Shown here piece after piece: positions 9,858 to 20,397 of a stretch of 48,967 nucleotides of DNA. Source of the stretch: Desulfobacterales bacterium. Its GTDB lineage: Bacteria > Desulfobacterota > Desulfobacteria > Desulfobacterales > SG8-13. The notes beneath the pieces were generated by a model. That model had not been told where the DNA came from. It did no database searches and saw only the letters and a program-made list of their open reading frames with translations. Both the position numbers and the translations under genes were made by a program. The stretch spans positions 1 through 48,967 of the forward strand of contig JBAPWQ010000132.1 of the NCBI GenBank assembly GCA_049283795.1, written 5' to 3'. Each line of letters opens with the position of its first letter. The stretch's first letter is position 1.

Positions 9858-10047
9858 GGCGGTCTCCTTTTTTTGACGGGAATCCATGCGGAATCGACGG
9901 TTCGGCGGTATTTTAATGCTTCGGCGGCATCTGTCAACTCGCTTGGCCGGCCGGGCGCGCGGCCGCCGATTCTTTTCCGAAGCGCAGCTGCGGCGCAGTG
10001 CGCCGGATGGCAGCGTGTTGAAGCACCGATCCGAGTGGTTATGTTGA

Positions 10048-11736
<1,689 letters not shown>

Positions 11737-11825
11737 CCGGCATGTTCAGTCCGGTCTCTGTTGTGGTCCGGGATGACGGAGAAAACGGATCAAGCGAGGG
11801 CGGAAAGCAGAAAAGGAGACACCGC

Positions 11826-12569
11826 ATGAAAAAGCTCGTGCTGTTGCGCCACGGTGAAAGCCTCTGGAACATGGAAAACCGCTTCACCGGTTGGACCGAC
11901 GTGGCTCTTACCGCCAAGGGGACGCAGGAGGCCGTCGCTGCCGGCCGGACGCTGAAGACAGAAGGCTACGGTTTCGACGTCGCCTTCACCTCGGTGCTGA
12001 AGCGCGCCATCAAGACGCTCTGGCTGGTCATGGAAGAAATGGATTTGATGTGGATCCCGGTTTACCGCAGCTGGCGGCTCAACGAGCGCCATTACGGCGC
12101 GCTGCAGGGCCTCGACAAGGCCGAGACCGCCGCCAAGCACGGCATGGATCAGGTGCACATCTGGAGGCGCAGCTACGACATCCGGCCGCCGGCCCTGGCC
12201 CCCGCGGACGACCGCAACCCCGCCCGCGACCAGCGCTACGCCGCCCTGGACCCCAAAGAACTCCCGCTGACAGAATGCCTCGCGGATACGGTGGCGCGGT
12301 TTCTGCCCTACTGGCACGAGACGATCGCGCCGGTGGTCGACTCCGGCCGGCGGGTGGTGATCGCCGCGCACGGCAACAGCCTGCGGGCGCTGGTCAAGTA
12401 CCTGGACAAGGTGGCCGATGATGACATTGTCGGCCTCAATATCCCCACCGGGATACCGCTGGTCTACGAACTGCGGGATGATTTGACGCCGGTCGACCAC
12501 TATTACCTGGGCGATCCCGATGCAATTCGCAAGGCCACCCAGGCCGTGGCCGATCAGTTGAAACCGTAG
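11826..12569 (+). CDS. gpmA: 2,3-bisphosphoglycerate-dependent phosphoglycerate mutase
   Basis: 247 aa. [20 protein letters not shown] (RHGE catalytic motif), [22 protein letters not shown] aaaggagac upstream. Confidence 0.92.
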   Translation: MKKLVLLRHGESLWNMENRFTGWTDVALTAKGTQEAVAAGRTLKTEGYGFDVAFTSVLKRAIKTLWLVMEEMDLMWIPVYRSWRLNERHYGALQGLDKAETAAKHGMDQVHIWRRSYDIRPPALAPADDRNPARDQRYAALDPKELPLTECLADTVARFLPYWHETIAPVVDSGRRVVIAAHGNSLRALVKYLDKVADDDIVGLNIPTGIPLVYELRDDLTPVDHYYLGDPDAIRKATQAVADQLKP

Positions 12570-12588
12570 GGGCGAAAAATTTTTCGCC
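12566..12588 (+). repeat. REP-like element copy 1 (GTAG head + perfect palindrome GGCGAAAAATTTTTCGCC); followed by TTTT, so it may also act as the gpmA terminator
   Basis: GTAGGGGCGAAAAATTTTTCGCC overlaps the gpmA stop codon. The 18-nt palindrome at 12571-12588 is followed by tttt. Confidence 0.6.
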
Positions 12589-12618
12589 TTTTAACAGCAG
12601 GGTCAGCGGCGCATATTA

Positions 12619-12642
12619 GGGCGAAAGATTTTTCGCCCCTAC
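12619..12642 (-). repeat. REP-like element copy 2, inverted relative to copy 1 (BIME/REPIN-like pair)
   Basis: The reverse complement reads GTAGGGGCGAAAAATCTTTCGCCC. It differs from copy 1 at one position over the shared 23 nt. Confidence 0.6.
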
Positions 12643-12698
12643 CCGTGGCGGCATCAAGGGTCCATGACCGTCTGATTGACAACTCGAAAGGATGACAC

Positions 12699-14129
12699 GT
12701 GGCGTTTCCCGGCAACAAGACCAAGATCGTTTGCACCATCGGACCGGCCTCCGACTCGGAGGAAACCCTGGAACGGTTGATGCGGGCGGGGATGACCGTG
12801 GCCCGGCTCAATTTCTCGCATGGCGATTTAGGAGGGCACGAAACCCTGATCGGGCGCATTCGGGCGGTGTCGCGCGTCGCGGGCCGGCGTGTGGCCATCA
12901 TGGCCGATCTGCCGGGTCCGAAGATGCGCATCGGTCAGTTCGCCGAAGAACCGGTCTACCTGAGGGCCGGTGGCACGTTTACCCTGACCACGGCCGATGT
13001 CGAGGGAACCGTCGAGCGGGTGTCGGTCACCTTCGCGGAACTGCCGCAGGCGGTGCGGCCCGGCGACCGGCTTTTTTTGAATGACGGCCTGATCCAGCTC
13101 GAAGTCCTGGAAGCGGCCGGACGGGAGGTTCGCTGCAAGGTCCTGATGGGCGGTCGGCTGACATCCCGCAAGGGCCTCAACCTGCCCGGCATCGACCTGG
13201 GCATCAGTGCTTTCACCGATCACGACCGGCGCTGCCTGGCATTCGCCCTTGAAAACGGCGTCGATGCGATCAGCCAATCCTTCGTGGAAAATGCCGCCGA
13301 TGTGGCCACCGTCCGGCGCGCCGCAGCCGAAATGGGCCACAATCCGTTTTTGATCGCCAAAATCGAGCGCTCCAACGCCCTGGATCACATCGAGGATATC
13401 CTGCAGGCGGCCGACGGCATCATGGTGGCGCGCGGCGACCTGGGCGTGGAAATTCCGATCGCCCAGATCGCGATCGTCCAGAAACAGCTCATATGGAAGG
13501 CCAACCGGCTCGGCAAGCCGGTCATCACCGCCACCCAGATGCTCGAATCGATGATCGGCAACCGTCGGCCCACCCGCGCCGAGGCCACCGATGTGGCCAA
13601 TGCCGTGCTGGACGGGACCGATGCCGTGATGTTGTCCGGCGAATCGGCCGTGGGGCAGTTTCCGGTGGAAGCCGCGGAAATGTTGGCCGAAATCGCCTCG
13701 AAAATCGAACCCCTGCGGACCGTTTTTCCCGCGCGCGAAGAGCTGGCGGCATCCGACGGTGATACCGACGCCAGCCCGCCCGACCTGATCGCGCGCAGCG
13801 TCGTGACCACCGCCCGGCGGATCTCGCCCACCGCCGTCATCGTGCCGACCCACAGCGGGGCCACCGCCCGCCGCATCACGCGCTTCAGACTGCCGGTCTG
13901 GATCGTGGCGGTGAGCAGTTACGAGAAAACCTGTCAGGCCCTGCTCTTCTCTTACGGCGTCACCCCGGTCTGCGAGCAGGAACACCCGACGGACTGGCGT
14001 CGGTGGATCCGGAACTGGCTTACCGCGCAGGGTCTGGACGGACATCTAGTGGTAATGACCGAAGGACCGTCGCGCAAACACCCGGAACGAAACAACCGCA
14101 TGGAAATTGTCGATCTGCGGAAACCGTGA
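12699..14129 (+). CDS. pyk: pyruvate kinase
   Basis: 476 aa, GTG start. TKIVCTIGPAS, ARLNFSHGD, MVARGDLGVEIP and MLSGESA motifs. Confidence 0.92.
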   Translation: MAFPGNKTKIVCTIGPASDSEETLERLMRAGMTVARLNFSHGDLGGHETLIGRIRAVSRVAGRRVAIMADLPGPKMRIGQFAEEPVYLRAGGTFTLTTADVEGTVERVSVTFAELPQAVRPGDRLFLNDGLIQLEVLEAAGREVRCKVLMGGRLTSRKGLNLPGIDLGISAFTDHDRRCLAFALENGVDAISQSFVENAADVATVRRAAAEMGHNPFLIAKIERSNALDHIEDILQAADGIMVARGDLGVEIPIAQIAIVQKQLIWKANRLGKPVITATQMLESMIGNRRPTRAEATDVANAVLDGTDAVMLSGESAVGQFPVEAAEMLAEIASKIEPLRTVFPAREELAASDGDTDASPPDLIARSVVTTARRISPTAVIVPTHSGATARRITRFRLPVWIVAVSSYEKTCQALLFSYGVTPVCEQEHPTDWRRWIRNWLTAQGLDGHLVVMTEGPSRKHPERNNRMEIVDLRKP

Positions 14130-14147
14130 CCCTTGCCGGCTGGAGAT

Positions 14148-14786
14148 ATGCGCCCCATGTCGCACCGCAACTTTTTCACGACGGCCGCATGGATCGGCCT
14201 GATGGCGGCCCTTGTGGCCGGCTGCGCCGGTTCGTCGCCCCGCTCGAAGTACTACCTGCTCAGCGCCCTGCCGGACGCAGCCTCCGCGCCGGCAATCGAT
14301 CCGGCCCCTGCGGGCATCACGCTCGGAATCGGGCCGGTACTTCTGCCCGACTATCTTGACCGGCCGCAGATCGTCATGCGCACCGGCCCGAACGAGATCT
14401 CCTTTTCCGAATTCGACCGCTGGGCCGAACCGCTGCAGGCCAATTTCCTGCGCGTCTTCAGGCAAGACCTGGCTGTCCTGTTGAAAACCGACAGCATTGT
14501 CGTTTATCCCTGGCCGCCCGGCGCCGTTTTCGAGTTTCAGGTTTCCGCGGAAGTGATCCGGTTCGATGCCCGGCCGGGCGAGGGCACGCTGCTGGAGGTG
14601 CAGTGGCAGGTTCTGCGGCACCAGGACGGCAAGGTCGTTCTGAGGCGGGCCGCATCCTACCGTGCCGATATAGGCGGGTCGGATTACAGAGCCGTCGTGG
14701 CTGCCCAGAGCCGCACCTTGGGCGATTTCAGCCGTGACGTGGCGAAGGTTCTCACCGCGATTTACCGCAGCGAGCACGGCCGGTAA
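14148..14786 (+). CDS. PqiC/YmbA-like (DUF330) ABC-type transport auxiliary lipoprotein
   Basis: About 212 aa from the ATG at 14148 (RBS ggag 4 nt upstream). Lipobox LVAGC, then SKYYLL and WAEPL, typical of PqiC-family lipoproteins. Confidence 0.6.
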   Translation: MRPMSHRNFFTTAAWIGLMAALVAGCAGSSPRSKYYLLSALPDAASAPAIDPAPAGITLGIGPVLLPDYLDRPQIVMRTGPNEISFSEFDRWAEPLQANFLRVFRQDLAVLLKTDSIVVYPWPPGAVFEFQVSAEVIRFDARPGEGTLLEVQWQVLRHQDGKVVLRRAASYRADIGGSDYRAVVAAQSRTLGDFSRDVAKVLTAIYRSEHGR

Positions 14787-14803
14787 TCCGCCATAAAATT
14801 CAC

Positions 14804-14831
14804 TTGATTAAATTAGAAAACAGGTTATATA
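14804..14831 (+). promoter_or_regulatory. sigma-70-type promoter TTGATT-N16-TATATA of the cold-shock gene, giving a roughly 125-nt leader
   Basis: -35 at 14804-14809 and -10 at 14826-14831. Long 5' leaders are usual for csp genes. Confidence 0.45.
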
Positions 14832-14959
14832 GTTTATTCAATCATCAAGGGCCCGTCGATTGTCGCCGGGCCGGTTTCGTACTGAAGGGCAGCTCCATTT
14901 GACCAAGTGGCACCTGCAGTTTGGGACCATGAGAATTTTTATGAAAGGAGGGTGTCATC

Positions 14960-15160
14960 GTGGCCAATGGAACGGTAAAGTGGTTCAACGAGAAAAAAGG
15001 GTATGGCTTCATCGAGCAGGAAGATGGAACGGATGTCTTCGTTCATCACACCGGCATCAACGGAACCGGCTTCAAAACGCTGGCGGAAGGCGACCGGGTG
15101 ACCTTTGACGTCGAGAAGGGCCAAAAGGGTCTCGCCGCAGTCAACGTGACCGTCGTTTAG
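14960..15160 (+). CDS. cold-shock protein, CspA family
   Basis: 66 aa, GTG start after aaaggaggg. RNP1 KGYGFI and RNP2 VFVHH motifs. Confidence 0.95.
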   Translation: MANGTVKWFNEKKGYGFIEQEDGTDVFVHHTGINGTGFKTLAEGDRVTFDVEKGQKGLAAVNVTVV

Positions 15161-15175
15161 ATTTTTCCATTTTTT

Positions 15176-15227
15176 TAAAAAGAGAGGGTAATTCACCGCT
15201 TGCGGGTGAAATGCCCTCTCTTTTTTT
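15176..15227. terminator. bidirectional intrinsic terminator between csp (+) and the MscS-type channel gene (-)
   Basis: AGAGAGGG(15181-15188)...TTCACC-gcttgcg-GGTGAA...CCCTCTCT(15214-15221) forms a long hairpin. It is flanked by an A-run upstream and T7 downstream. Confidence 0.75.
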
Positions 15228-15334
15228 GTAAGCCTTTAATTATCATGGTTAATCCTTGCCGACAAGATGCCGAAGTTCTTTTTTCGATCGAAGACAACGG
15301 CAAAGGATTCGATGCGCGGGAGGTCAAAGGCTGA

Positions 15335-17770
15335 TTATTTTTTTTCTTTTTGCTCTTCTTCGGCCTGGATCGCGGCGCCGGCGGCGGCCGCGCCGGCCTC
15401 TAAAATCTTCTTGCGGGTATCAGGGTCCGCATGGGCCAGGGATTTTTCGATGTCCGGCGGCAGGGAGACGGTGACATTGCGATGGGCGAAATGGAGGCCG
15501 GCTTCCTGAAATGCTTCCTGCATCAACCGGTAGACATGCTTGCGGATGGCGAACTGTTCACCGGGCGGGGTCTTGTACTTGACACGCACGATCAGGGCCG
15601 AATCGTCCAGTTCCCTGACGCCCTGGCTCTTGATCGGGCTGAGCAGTTTTTTCCCGAGTTCGGGGTCCTTCATGATTTCCTGGTAGACTTTTTTCTTGAC
15701 GATCTTGCGGACCTTGTCGACGTCGGTGTCGAAGGGCACCCGGAAGTCGAGCTTGGTGATGATGTAGTCGCGACTGAAATTCGTGACCGAATTGATGTCG
15801 CCGAACGGGATCGTGTAGACCATCCCGCGCGGATGGCGCAGCCGCAGCGAGCGCAAAGACACCTGCTCCACCGTCCCTTTTTGCTTGCCGGTATCCACGT
15901 AGTCTCCCACCCGGAAGGCGTCGTCGATCAGGAAGAACATCCCGGAGATGATGTCCTTGACAAGCGTCTGGGCGCCGAACCCGATGGCCAGGCCGATGAC
16001 ACCGGCACCGGCGATCAAGGGTCCGATGTTGACCCCGATGGAAGACAGGATGATCAAGGCGGCCAGCACGATGATGACCGCCAGCATGAATTTGCGCAGC
16101 AGCACCAGCAAGGTGGCGATGCGCGAGCCGCCGCTGCCGCCTTCCTCCCTTTCGTCGTCCTCATCCTCCCCGTTGGACATCTCCTTGGCAAGGCGGCGCT
16201 TTATGGCGGCATTGACCAGTTCCCAGGCCACGAAACAGACCAGCACGACGACCAGGATGTCGAAGGCAGCCAGGGCCACCTCCTGGCCGATACGCAGATT
16301 GACGCCCCAGATGCGCAGGATCCAGAAAAACATCAAGAATCCCAGCGCCACTCGCAGACCGGTTCGAACAAAGCTTCTGAGGCGATCGATGTCCAGATGG
16401 CCGGCGGCCGGCTGCGGGTCTGGTTCCGGTAGCGCGGGCCCGGCCCCGCTTGCGACCATAGCGTCCGGATCGCTGCCGATGGCCGTATGGACGCCGGGGT
16501 CCGGTTCGCCGGATTTATGAACCAGGCCGAAAGCCACTTCCAGAATTTGCCTTAAAATCCAATCCAGCAGAAAGTAGAGCGGAATAATGAGCAGGGTCTT
16601 CAACGCGAAATGACCGGATTGGTCTCCGGCCAGCAGCCGACTGAAAACTGCAAAGATCCAGAGCAGAATGATGCCGGCGATGGCGAAATGATGCCAGTAT
16701 TGCGCCAGGCGGGCACGCAGGTGCGTCTCCGGCAGGTTTCCGGTAAGCGCCTGCCGGACGGTTTTGCGCTTCCGCAAAATCATGGCGATGAACATGAAGG
16801 CCAGCGTCAGGCTGACCAGGGATACCATGATAAAGTAGGAGGCTTCGGACGTGCCGGCCAGCCGGAAAATTCCGCAGGTCAACAGTCCAAAACTGCCCAC
16901 GGTGACGATGGCCATAATCCAGCGGTGCAGGTACAGCGCCGTTTCGTTGCCAAGCGGTAAAATGCGCAGGGGCGGCACTCCGGGCACCAGCAGTAGCCGG
17001 GAAAGCAGATGGGCCGCCCGTACGATCAGGATGGCCGCCAGGTAGGTGGCCACGAGCACGCGCTGGGGGGTCGACCGGTCCGGGAATAGATGAAAGATGA
17101 CCAGGACGGCGGCTGCAAACACGCAGATCGAGGCCAGATCGAGCAACCCGCGCAGTGCCAGGGCGCCGATTTTTGCCCTCCAGTCGGCCGGCCGTGTGGA
17201 CTCGATGCGCCGGCGGACGGCGGCCGTGTAGCGGTTGAACAGGAAGTCGGTGAAGAAGGCCAGCAGGAAAACAGCGCCGGCGACGAGGATGGCCCGGGTG
17301 GTGTTCGCGTCCCGCTCCCCCTTGCCCAGGTAGGTATAGAGGGCGGGAATTTTCGCGACTTTCGTATCCGTGCCTGATTTGAGCGCTTCGAAGCGCACCA
17401 AAATCAGTTCGAACTTGGTTTTGAAATCGTAAATAAAGCCCGCAATGCCGGTCATCTTTTGTTTGGCGGGTGTCGCGGCGGCTTCCTCGGCGGCTTGTCG
17501 TCTCAGGGCCTCGATCAACAGGCGCCGCACCTGTTCGTCGCTCAGGGCGGCCATGAAATCGTCGACCTCGTCGGCGTCGATGTGGTCGGGCAGGCGAGCG
17601 GCCTCGGGCGGCGCCTCTTTGGTTTTTTCCTTGTGGGTTTTGAACACCATTGTCTGAGCGGCGTTCGCCCGTGAGGTCGCGAGGCCTGATGAAAGAACTC
17701 CGGTCGAGACCGTCAGGGCAACCGAGAAAAACAACACGTGACGCAGCCAGTGATATCCGACAGAGGCCAT
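15335..17770 (-). CDS. large mechanosensitive ion channel, MscS/MscK (KefA-like) family
   Basis: 811 aa. Signal peptide, multi-TM region, and C-terminal MscS core GAGVIGLAIGFGAQTLVKDIISGMFFLIDDAFRVGDYV...GTVEQVSLRSLRLR. Confidence 0.85.
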   Translation of the reverse strand: MASVGYHWLRHVLFFSVALTVSTGVLSSGLATSRANAAQTMVFKTHKEKTKEAPPEAARLPDHIDADEVDDFMAALSDEQVRRLLIEALRRQAAEEAAATPAKQKMTGIAGFIYDFKTKFELILVRFEALKSGTDTKVAKIPALYTYLGKGERDANTTRAILVAGAVFLLAFFTDFLFNRYTAAVRRRIESTRPADWRAKIGALALRGLLDLASICVFAAAVLVIFHLFPDRSTPQRVLVATYLAAILIVRAAHLLSRLLLVPGVPPLRILPLGNETALYLHRWIMAIVTVGSFGLLTCGIFRLAGTSEASYFIMVSLVSLTLAFMFIAMILRKRKTVRQALTGNLPETHLRARLAQYWHHFAIAGIILLWIFAVFSRLLAGDQSGHFALKTLLIIPLYFLLDWILRQILEVAFGLVHKSGEPDPGVHTAIGSDPDAMVASGAGPALPEPDPQPAAGHLDIDRLRSFVRTGLRVALGFLMFFWILRIWGVNLRIGQEVALAAFDILVVVLVCFVAWELVNAAIKRRLAKEMSNGEDEDDEREEGGSGGSRIATLLVLLRKFMLAVIIVLAALIILSSIGVNIGPLIAGAGVIGLAIGFGAQTLVKDIISGMFFLIDDAFRVGDYVDTGKQKGTVEQVSLRSLRLRHPRGMVYTIPFGDINSVTNFSRDYIITKLDFRVPFDTDVDKVRKIVKKKVYQEIMKDPELGKKLLSPIKSQGVRELDDSALIVRVKYKTPPGEQFAIRKHVYRLMQEAFQEAGLHFAHRNVTVSLPPDIEKSLAHADPDTRKKILEAGAAAAGAAIQAEEEQKEKK

Positions 17771-17796
17771 GACGAGTTATAGTCCCCCTATCTGTT

Positions 17797-17992
17797 GGAA
17801 ACTCGAAACTTGAAACTGGCAAAAAGGAACGCTAAGCGTTTCAAATCTCACTGTTCAAAGGAATAGATCATTATCGACCGGGCACCCACAAGGGGCGCCC
17901 CTACGATTGCATTACCAAACACCACCCACAAAACACCAAACACAAAACACCAAACACAAAACACCCAATCCAAACCACACCTTGTAAACCCG
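17797..17992 (+). repeat. composite intergenic repeat, copy A: three RAAACTN heptads + GCAAAAAGG, then a CA-rich tandem block (AAACACCAAACACA units)
   Basis: GGAAACTCGAAACTTGAAACTGGCAAAAAGG at 17797-17827. CCAAACACC...ACACAAAACACCAAACACAAAACACCCAAT..AACCACACC..GTAAACCCG at 17915-17992. Homologous to the reverse complement of 20289-20397. Confidence 0.7.
17892..17904 (-). repeat. REP-like element, centrally deleted copy (reverse complement GTAGGGGCGCCCC)
   Basis: Shares the GTAG head and the GGGGCG/CGCCCC arms with the 12566 and 12619 copies. It lacks the AAAAATTTTT core. Confidence 0.4.
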
Positions 17993-18073
17993 CACCCCGC
18001 ACCTTCTACCCCGCACCCTTCTGGCGCAGGGGCAAAGCGGGAGGGACATCGGGTATGGTCTGTGCTTTTAAAA

Positions 18074-18097
18074 GGGCGAAAAATTTTTCGTCCCTAC
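18074..18097 (-). repeat. REP-like element copy 3 (reverse complement GTAGGGACGAAAAATTTTTCGCCC)
   Basis: One mismatch in the stem relative to the copies at 12566 and 12619. Confidence 0.6.
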
Positions 18098-18201
18098 GAG
18101 ACGGCCAGGCCCCCCGGTTCCGGTGGTTTGTGTTGGCCATGGGCGGCGTTTCGTTGACGATTCAGAAATTGGAAACCGGCACCCCGCAACCCGCGGCGGT
18201 G

Positions 18202-19032
18202 CTACCGCTCGGAGTAGGGGATCCAGCGCCGCACGATGCTTTCAAGCTGGCCATTCCTGGAAATAAGCTCGAGAAACCGGTCGGCGGATTCCTTCAGGCC
18301 GGGGTCGGTTTTGCGGATCCCCCAGGCCAGGTATTCGTCGGTCAGCGGTGACGGCAACACCGTCAAATCCGCCGATTGATTTTCCGCCAGCAGCATGAGC
18401 AGAATCGGGCCGTCGTGAACGAACACATCGATCCGATTCACCAAAAATGGCGTCGTCAGGGCATCGAGAGCCTCACGGGTCGAGTCGTAAGTCCTGATCT
18501 TCTGGGCCGATGCGAAGCTGTTCCTGACGTAGATTTCGCCGGTCGTGCCCTTGACGACCCCGAAGCGCATTGCGGGCGCTTGCCCCAGCAGGCCGAAGTA
18601 GGATACGGGGAAACGATCGGCCTCGGATTTCCGGACCATGGCCATCAGGCCCGACCGGTAATACGGCTGGCTGAAGTCGATCGTCATGCGGCGCAGGTCC
18701 GTGATCGACATGCCCGACATGATGATGTCGATGCGGTCGCCCAGCAGGGCGGAAATCTGGTCGTCCCACTCGAGGTCGACGAAGCGCAGCTCCTTGCCGA
18801 GATAGTGCGCGAACTCACGCGCCATCTCGGCTTCCAGTCCCCGGATTTCCCCGGCCTGTTTGAAGGCGAAGGGCGGCGAGGTGGTGGTCACCCCGACCCG
18901 CAGTGTCGCGGCGTCGGCGGCGGTTTTTTCGGCGGGCACCGTTGGGCCATGGGCACAACCGGCCATCAGGAGCGCGAAAATAAGGCCTGCGAGAACGAGA
19001 ATCCGGCGATCGGTGAAAGGTGCGGTGGACAT
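18202..19032 (-). CDS. periplasmic substrate-binding protein, family 3 (amino-acid ABC-type), lipoprotein
   Basis: 276 aa from the ATG at 19032 (RBS GGGAGG upstream). Lipobox LMAGC, then LRVGVTTTSPPFAF...IDIIMSGMSIT. Paralog of 6193-7023. Confidence 0.8.
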   Translation of the reverse strand: MSTAPFTDRRILVLAGLIFALLMAGCAHGPTVPAEKTAADAATLRVGVTTTSPPFAFKQAGEIRGLEAEMAREFAHYLGKELRFVDLEWDDQISALLGDRIDIIMSGMSITDLRRMTIDFSQPYYRSGLMAMVRKSEADRFPVSYFGLLGQAPAMRFGVVKGTTGEIYVRNSFASAQKIRTYDSTREALDALTTPFLVNRIDVFVHDGPILLMLLAENQSADLTVLPSPLTDEYLAWGIRKTDPGLKESADRFLELISRNGQLESIVRRWIPYSER

Positions 19033-19204
19033 CACGTAACCTCCCTGTGATTTTCTGCGGCTGGCGACGAATGCCGAGCAAGGCGTGGCCAAGATTCTTC
19101 ATAATACGAAATGACGATAAAGGTCAACTGGTTATCGGATGTATCGGGTGTGTATCGGCCTCCAGAATGGCACTTGCTTTTTTTTGCGAGGCTTTGGGGC
19201 CTCG

Positions 19205-20197
19205 TCAACCGCCGATGGAGGACATCTGGCAGCGAACGCCGGATGGGTCGGTGACGGAGAGAGCATGATCGGAAGGTTTGTTTTCAACCGCCCGGCGAAA
19301 GATCTGCGCCAGGCTTTCATCGGGCTCCCCGGCGCGCAGAGGACCCTTCAGGTCGAGCTGGCGGTCCGACAGGAGGCAGGGGCGCAGCTGACCGCTGGCC
19401 GTCAGCCGCAGCCGGTTGCAGCTGCTGCAGAAATGGTGGCTCAAGGCACTGATGAAACCGATTTCGCCGGCGGCGCCTGCGAGCCGGAAGCGCTCGGCCG
19501 GGCCGTCGGCCCAATTTTTTTCGACCGGAATCAGGGTGCCGATCGCAGCCATACGCTCCTTTATTTCGGGCACCAGCAGCGGCGCTCCGCAGGCCACGCG
19601 CGATCTTCCGATCGGCATGTATTCGATAAAACGGATATGCATGGGCTGCGTGAGGGTCAGGCGGGCAAAGTCGAGAAATTCATCCTCGTTGATGCCGCGC
19701 AGGGCGACGACATTCAGCTTGATCGGGTCGATGCCGGCCTGCCGGGCGGCGGCGATGCCGTTCCAGACCCGGTCGAAATCGTCGCGGCCGGTTATTTCGA
19801 AAAACTTCTTGCGCTTAAGTGTGTCCAGGCTGATGTTGATTCGCCGGATCCCGGCCTTGCGGATGCAGCCGATGTTTTCCGCGAGCAGCACCCCGTTGGT
19901 CGTCAGCGTGACTTCCTCCAAACCGCCGATGCGGGATACGGCGGTCAGAAATTCGCCCACCCCTTTGCGGACCAGCGGCTCACCGCCGGTGATCCGGATC
20001 TTGGTGATGCCCAGGTCGACGCCGATGGCAAGGATGCGCAAAATCTCTTCGTAGCGCAGGATATCGGTGTGGTCCAGGCGCGGGATGCGCTCCGGCGGGA
20101 CGCAGTAGATGCACCTCAGGTTGCAGCGATCGGTGATTGAAATTCGCAGGTAGTTCAGGTGGCGGTTAAAGCGATCGATGAGCCGCTGAGATGGCAT
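19205..20197 (-). CDS. moaA: GTP 3',8-cyclase (molybdenum cofactor biosynthesis, radical SAM)
   Basis: 330 aa. LRISITDRCNLRCIYC (CxxxCxxC) and C-terminal cluster CSSCNRLRLTASGQLRPCL. Confidence 0.92.
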   Translation of the reverse strand: MPSQRLIDRFNRHLNYLRISITDRCNLRCIYCVPPERIPRLDHTDILRYEEILRILAIGVDLGITKIRITGGEPLVRKGVGEFLTAVSRIGGLEEVTLTTNGVLLAENIGCIRKAGIRRINISLDTLKRKKFFEITGRDDFDRVWNGIAAARQAGIDPIKLNVVALRGINEDEFLDFARLTLTQPMHIRFIEYMPIGRSRVACGAPLLVPEIKERMAAIGTLIPVEKNWADGPAERFRLAGAAGEIGFISALSHHFCSSCNRLRLTASGQLRPCLLSDRQLDLKGPLRAGEPDESLAQIFRRAVENKPSDHALSVTDPSGVRCQMSSIGG

Positions 20198-20288
20198 TCG
20201 GCATAGTTTCCTTAGACAATACGATTCAGGTCGAAGTTAGCGCCGATAAGCGGTGGTGTCAAACGGTGAAAATGCGGTACGGGTTACG

Positions 20289-20397
20289 CGGTGTGGTTAG
20301 TAATTGGTGTTTCGTGTTTCGTGTTCAGGTGTTTGGTTCGAAATGATTGAAAACCTTGCATCTATCGGCCCTTTTGCAAGTTTCCAGTTTCCAGTTT
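20289..20397 (-). repeat. composite intergenic repeat, copy B (inverted relative to copy A)
   Basis: The reverse complement reads TAAACTGGAAACTGGAAACTTGCAAAAGGG...CCAAACACCTGAACACGAAACACGAAACACCAATTACTAACCACACCGCGTAACCC. Same block order and motifs as 17797-17992. Confidence 0.7.

Noticed and set aside
14908-14925. TGGCAC hexamer upstream of the cold-shock gene, a possible sigma-54 -24 element.
   Set aside because: The nearest GC of a TTGC-like element is at the wrong spacing (TGGCACCTGCAG). A good sigma-70 promoter lies upstream, and this site falls inside the expected csp 5' leader.
17915-17975. Tandem ~14-nt AAACACCAAACACA units, considered as a possible CRISPR array or minisatellite.
   Set aside because: The units are contiguous with no spacers and number only about three to four. 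No cas genes are present. It is better described as part of the composite intergenic repeat.
17912-18049. Small Cys/Trp/Val/Gly-rich peptide ORFs running through the GT-rich strand of the composite repeat: 45 aa on the minus strand at 17912-18049 and 24 aa on the plus strand at 20272-20346.
   Set aside because: The homologous DNA blocks are read in different frames in the two copies (GGTGTGGTT is read as G-GTG-TGG-TT in one and GGT-GTG-GTT in the other). Peptide sequence is therefore not conserved, there is no convincing RBS, and the repeat is more likely non-coding.
20330-20346. GGTTCGAAAT, resembling a tRNA T-loop (GGTTCGAATCC).
   Set aside because: The flanking sequence cannot form a T-stem, acceptor stem or anticodon arm. 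It lies inside the composite repeat.
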